This document shows positions 60,419 to 64,000 of a DNA stretch of 64,000 nt, in pieces (the first letter of the stretch is position 1; the number at the start of each line of letters is the position of its first letter). Source of the stretch: Acidobacteriota bacterium (GTDB lineage Bacteria; Acidobacteriota; UBA890; WLXD01); NCBI GenBank assembly GCA_965205505.1, contig CBDBHB010000009.1, positions 768,001 to 832,000 on the forward strand. The letters run 5' to 3'. Position numbers and translations under genes: made by a program. The notes under the pieces were generated by a model, which saw only the letters and a program-made list of their open reading frames with translations, did not search any database and had not been told where the DNA came from.

Positions 60419-61384
60419 TCAGAGGTCGCTGGAGTCAGGCGGCTCGTTGGCCGGGGCGGAAGATGCCGTCGGGGTGTCCTCGGGTCGGAACCGCTGCGCC
60501 CCCTTGCGGGTGCCGGCGCGGCGCTTCCCTGCCAGTAGCAAGGCCGAAGACAAGCCTAATCGCGCCCCCAGCATCAGGAGCACGAACCAGGAATACAGGT
60601 GGAACACACGACTCGTATTGTAACGCCGGAAAATCAGCCACAGGGAACGGTGGAAGTAGTAGATCGACCGCACGACACGGATGTTGGTGCCGCCCTGCCC
60701 GCCGTGATGGACAATCCGTGCCTGCGGGTCGTACACTAGCTCCCAGCCGGCGTTGCCGACGCGATAGCACAGATCGAGATCCTCGCCGTACTGGTGCAGG
60801 CTCTCGTCCAGGCCACCGTGCTGCTCGAGAACAGTGCGCCGGAACATCATGCAGCATCCCGACAGGGCACGAACCGGCTGGACCTCATTGTGGTCGGTGT
60901 ATCGCATCAAGTACTCGGCTACCGTGCGATGGTGTGGAAACATCCGGTCGAGGCGCAGCGAATAAGTCAGGCCTGTCAGCGGCGTGAGACGACCGCGCCG
61001 ACATTGAGGCTGGAAGCTGCCGTCGGTATTGAGCACCATCGTCCCGACGGCTCCGGCCTCCGGGTGCGCATCCAGATAGCCGACCAGCTCATCGAGAGCA
61101 CCCGGCAGGACATTCGTGTCGCTGTTGAGAAACAGCATGTGCTCACCGGCCGATTGCTCCCAGGCAACGTTGTTGGCGCCGGCGAATCCGAGGTTGACGG
61201 CGTTGCGAATGACGCGGGCGGAGGGGAAGATTTCCGCCACCGCGGACCCGTATGGGTGCGAAGAGGCATCGTCGACGATTATCACCTCGTACTCGCACCC
61301 TGGGGGGTTGGCGGCGATCGACTCGAGGCACTCGAGCAGGGGCTCGAGCGCGTTGTAGTAGGTCAGACAGATCGACAGCTTCAT
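60419..61384 (-). CDS. Glycosyltransferase family 2 (WbbL-like)
   Basis: VDDAS, NLGFAGANN, FLNSD and YGEDLDLC motifs. Confidence 0.92.
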   Translation of the reverse strand: MKLSICLTYYNALEPLLECLESIAANPPGCEYEVIIVDDASSHPYGSAVAEIFPSARVIRNAVNLGFAGANNVAWEQSAGEHMLFLNSDTNVLPGALDELVGYLDAHPEAGAVGTMVLNTDGSFQPQCRRGRLTPLTGLTYSLRLDRMFPHHRTVAEYLMRYTDHNEVQPVRALSGCCMMFRRTVLEQHGGLDESLHQYGEDLDLCYRVGNAGWELVYDPQARIVHHGGQGGTNIRVVRSIYYFHRSLWLIFRRYNTSRVFHLYSWFVLLMLGARLGLSSALLLAGKRRAGTRKGAQRFRPEDTPTASSAPANEPPDSSDL

Positions 61385-61387
61385 CGC

Positions 61388-61906
61388 TCAGAGCACCGCC
61401 TGGTGCGGGTCCGGCTCATCCGCCCCGGGTCGAAGTCGACCGATGTCGCGCTCCGCCGGATAGATGAAATCATCGCCCTCGAGGATCCCGGCACAGATGA
61501 CGTCGAGGCCCAGGTGGTGCCCTGGTCGCAGCTCCTCGAGGTCGTCGATCTTCAGATCGAAGGCAAGCGAGCGATTCGATCCCTGATGCACGAACTGCAA
61601 CGGGATCATGCGGCGAAAGAAGTAGTGAAATGCATACTTGCGCGCCCTGCTGATTTGCTCCGCCGGCATCCGCTCCCCCAACGGCAACCGCTCGAGGATT
61701 CGCCGATACTGTTCCGGCGAGCCGGCATCGAGACTGAATCCCTTGCCCCGAATCCAGGCCTCGCCGGCTACCACCGTGGGGATGCCAGTGGCGGTGAGCT
61801 CGATTCCCATCTTGGTGGCGTAGATAAGCGCCGCGTCGCAGTTCGCGAGCACGACGTAGCTACTGATCGTGCTGGCAGCCGGTATCACCACCACGTTGGC
61901 TGGCAG
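61388..61906 (-). pseudogene. C-terminal fragment of a capsule polysaccharide biosynthesis/export-like protein
   Basis: LPANVVVIP...YATKMGIEL...GIPTVVAGEAWIRGKGF. The 5' part is replaced by an oppositely oriented gene. Confidence 0.7.
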
Positions 61907-61909
61907 ACC

Positions 61910-62318
61910 TCATGTGGACGCCATGCTCGAGGAGCTCGAGCGCAGCTATGCCGCCATGGACGCAGATGGCTTCTTGGCGCTGTTCACTGAGGACGTCGTG
62001 CAGCACGACGTCAACCGGCGAGTGCTGATCGAGGGTATCGACGCCTGGCGGGAGCAAACGGAGACCATCAACTCGGCACATCGCGCCATGACCCGGATAC
62101 ACCATGGGCGCGTGCTCACCGGCCAATGGCTCATCGTTGAGATCGAATGGACCGGAACCGTGATCGGAGCGGCGGTCGGGGCGAAAGAGGACCGTGACTA
62201 CAACTATCAAGGGATGCGGCTGCTGGAGCTCGCCGATGGCCGAATCCGGCGTCAGCTCATCTACAGCGACTATGTGACCCTGGCCGAACAGCTCGGGCTC
62301 GGTGGCCAACCGCGGTGA
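61910..62318 (+). CDS. NTF2/SnoaL-like protein, probably 5'-truncated
   Basis: YAAMDADGFLALFTEDVV...GMRLLELADGRIRR; abuts the capsule fragment with no intergenic space. Confidence 0.7.
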
Positions 62319-62371
62319 TGAGACGGGTCTGGCTGCTCCTGTTCGCGACGATCCGCGGGTGAGAGTTGATC

Positions 62372-62597
62372 TCAGGGTAGCAAGGGGTTGGTTACCTTCA
62401 GCTCCGGGAACCTGCCGAAGTCGCGGTCTGCGCTCCAGAGCTCGCTGACCCAATTGCTATCCACCGCGATCAAGCGCCGCGGCCCTCGTAGGCCAGCTCC
62501 ATCAAGGGCGGCGCGAAGGCCTTCGTCGATGAGTGCGCGGAGCGTAGTTCTCTCGTCGGCAGCTACTTTCTTGGCGCGTTTCAGGAGATCAGGAGCA
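62372..62597 (-). pseudogene. Collapsed vapBC toxin-antitoxin remnant
   Basis: Antitoxin pieces PDLLKRAKKVAADERTTLRALIDEGLR and MELAYEGRGA*. The toxin is reduced to MIAVDSN joined to VSELWSADRDFGRFPELKVTNPL. Confidence 0.75.
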
Positions 62598-62736
62598 CTA
62601 GTCGGGATGAGACGGACCCGGGTCGCGACGAAGTCGGCCGGAGTCGCCATCGGACCGGCAGGGGGGTATCCTGTGATCGCCCATCTGACCGGCCGTGATC
62701 GCGGCCCCCAACCCGTGTATCTGACGAGGTTCGTCG

Positions 62737-64000
62737 ATGGGCTCGCCCGACGGTCTCTACGTAATCGGCCTGGACCAGCTGGACCGCACGGATGTCGACC
62801 GGGTGGGCGGCAAGAGCGCGTCGCTCGGCGAGATGGTGCGCCTGCTGTCAGGGTCGCCCGTTGGCGTTCCACCGGGGTTCGCGGTGACAACGGCGGCGTT
62901 CACACGCATCCTCGACGCGGCGCCCGGCACCCGCCGGCAGATCGTGAGCGAGCTAATGGCGATCGACTACGACAACTTCGAGAGCCTGTTCCGCGGCGCC
63001 AGCCACTGCCGCGACTTGGTGATTAACCTCGACATCCCCGGCGACGTCGCCGAGGCGGTCACCGAGGCCTACGCGGCACTCGAAGAGACGGCCGACATGA
63101 AGAACGTCGACGTGGCGGTGTGTTCGAGCGCGGTGTCGGAAGACTCAGCCGAAGCCTCGTTCGCCGGTCAATACGAGTCGTTCTTGGGCGTGCGCGGGCG
63201 CAGCAATGTGCTCAGCGCCTGCCGTGACTGTTTCACCTCGTTCTTCACCAGCCGCGGCGTCGATTACCGGCATCGCTGTGGCTTGCCCGACGATACCTTC
63301 GACTTCGCGGTGACGGTGCAGCGCATGGCGCGCAGCGACCAGGCGTGCTCTGGGGTGATGTTCACCATGGACCCCGACAGCGGCGCTCGCGACTTCCTCC
63401 TGCTGACCGCTAGTTGGGGGCTCGGCGAGCCCATCGTCCAGGGTCAGGTGAGCCCGGACGAAGTCTTGATCTTCAAACCCACGCTGCTCAAGGGCCCGCC
63501 GCTGGACCCGGTGATCTCGCACGAACGCGGTGCCAAAGAGGTCAAGATGGTTTATGCCTGGGGCGGTACGGCCACCACAGAGATCATCGAGACTACGCCG
63601 GAGGAGCGCGACGTGTTCAGCATCGAGCGATCAGACGTGCTCGAGTTTGCCACGGCCGCTTGCCGACTCGAGGAGGCCTACGGAGTCCCGCTCGACATCG
63701 AGTGGGCCAGGGACGGCGTGGTCGATCGCCTGTTCTTGGTGCAGGCGCGCCCCATAACCGTGCACCGCGAGCAAGTGCAGACGACCCTCGAGCGCTACCG
63801 GATCGGCGACAACGGACCTCCGCTGGTCATCGGTCAGGCGGTGGGCAACAAAGTGGCGGCGGGGGCGACGCGCGTAATCCATGACATCCATGGGATCGAT
63901 GCCTTCCACGAGGGCGAGGTGTTGGTGACCGAGCGCACCGATCCGGACTGGGAGCCGGTGATGAAGCTGGCCGCGGCCATCGTTACGGATACCGGCGGAC
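62737..64000 (+). CDS. ppsA: Phosphoenolpyruvate synthase, runs off the window end
   Basis: Not in the ORF track because there is no stop. VGGKSASLGEM, VPPGFAVT, ASFAGQ, SGVMFT, WGLGE, DIEWA, VQARPITV and LVTERTDPDWEPVMK...IVTDTGG motifs. Confidence 0.92.
   Translation, partial: MGSPDGLYVIGLDQLDRTDVDRVGGKSASLGEMVRLLSGSPVGVPPGFAVTTAAFTRILDAAPGTRRQIVSELMAIDYDNFESLFRGASHCRDLVINLDIPGDVAEAVTEAYAALEETADMKNVDVAVCSSAVSEDSAEASFAGQYESFLGVRGRSNVLSACRDCFTSFFTSRGVDYRHRCGLPDDTFDFAVTVQRMARSDQACSGVMFTMDPDSGARDFLLLTASWGLGEPIVQGQVSPDEVLIFKPTLLKGPPLDPVISHERGAKEVKMVYAWGGTATTEIIETTPEERDVFSIERSDVLEFATAACRLEEAYGVPLDIEWARDGVVDRLFLVQARPITVHREQVQTTLERYRIGDNGPPLVIGQAVGNKVAAGATRVIHDIHGIDAFHEGEVLVTERTDPDWEPVMKLAAAIVTDTGG

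Noticed and set aside
62388-63884. ppsA as a fragmented pseudogene, suggested by its absence from the ORF track
   Set aside because: The frame from ATG 62737 stays consistent to the window end; it is missing from the track only because no stop codon is reached.
1-64000. Hundreds of overlapping alternative-frame and antisense ORFs in the track (e.g. 7044..8285, 19064..20533, 52861..54183)
   Set aside because: Arg/Pro/Ala-rich shadows of real genes, expected in high-GC DNA, with no family motifs.
1-64000. CRISPR array, tRNA, rRNA, prophage or integrase
   Set aside because: I saw no regularly spaced repeats, cloverleaf or rRNA-like segments, or phage/integrase motifs. This was by eye only.

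Overview
GC-rich chromosomal window from a bacterium. The PadR plus ADOP-type permease pair, DUF885, many secreted serine hydrolases and TRAP transporters suggest an Acidobacteriota-like, possibly marine, organism; this is inference only. Most of the window encodes secreted hydrolases, transporters and catabolic enzymes, three intact type II toxin-antitoxin pairs, the end of a polysaccharide locus and the 5' part of ppsA. Three things stand out. (1) An IS110-family (IS1111-type) element at about 49509-50914 has sub-terminal inverted repeats and a duplicated TAGA core. Its structured 3' non-coding region has an internal loop that matches the reconstructed empty insertion site, so it is a candidate bridge/seek RNA whose target specificity can be read from the sequence. 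(2) A B12/radical-SAM gene has an apparent TGA stop that is probably selenocysteine (WYC-U-AEP tail followed by a SECIS-like hairpin). (3) Gene decay is pervasive: at least five frameshifts, an apparent repeat-mediated deletion and many abutting gene fragments. This reflects either real genome erosion or assembly/read error. All calls come from visual motif recognition; no database searches were run.
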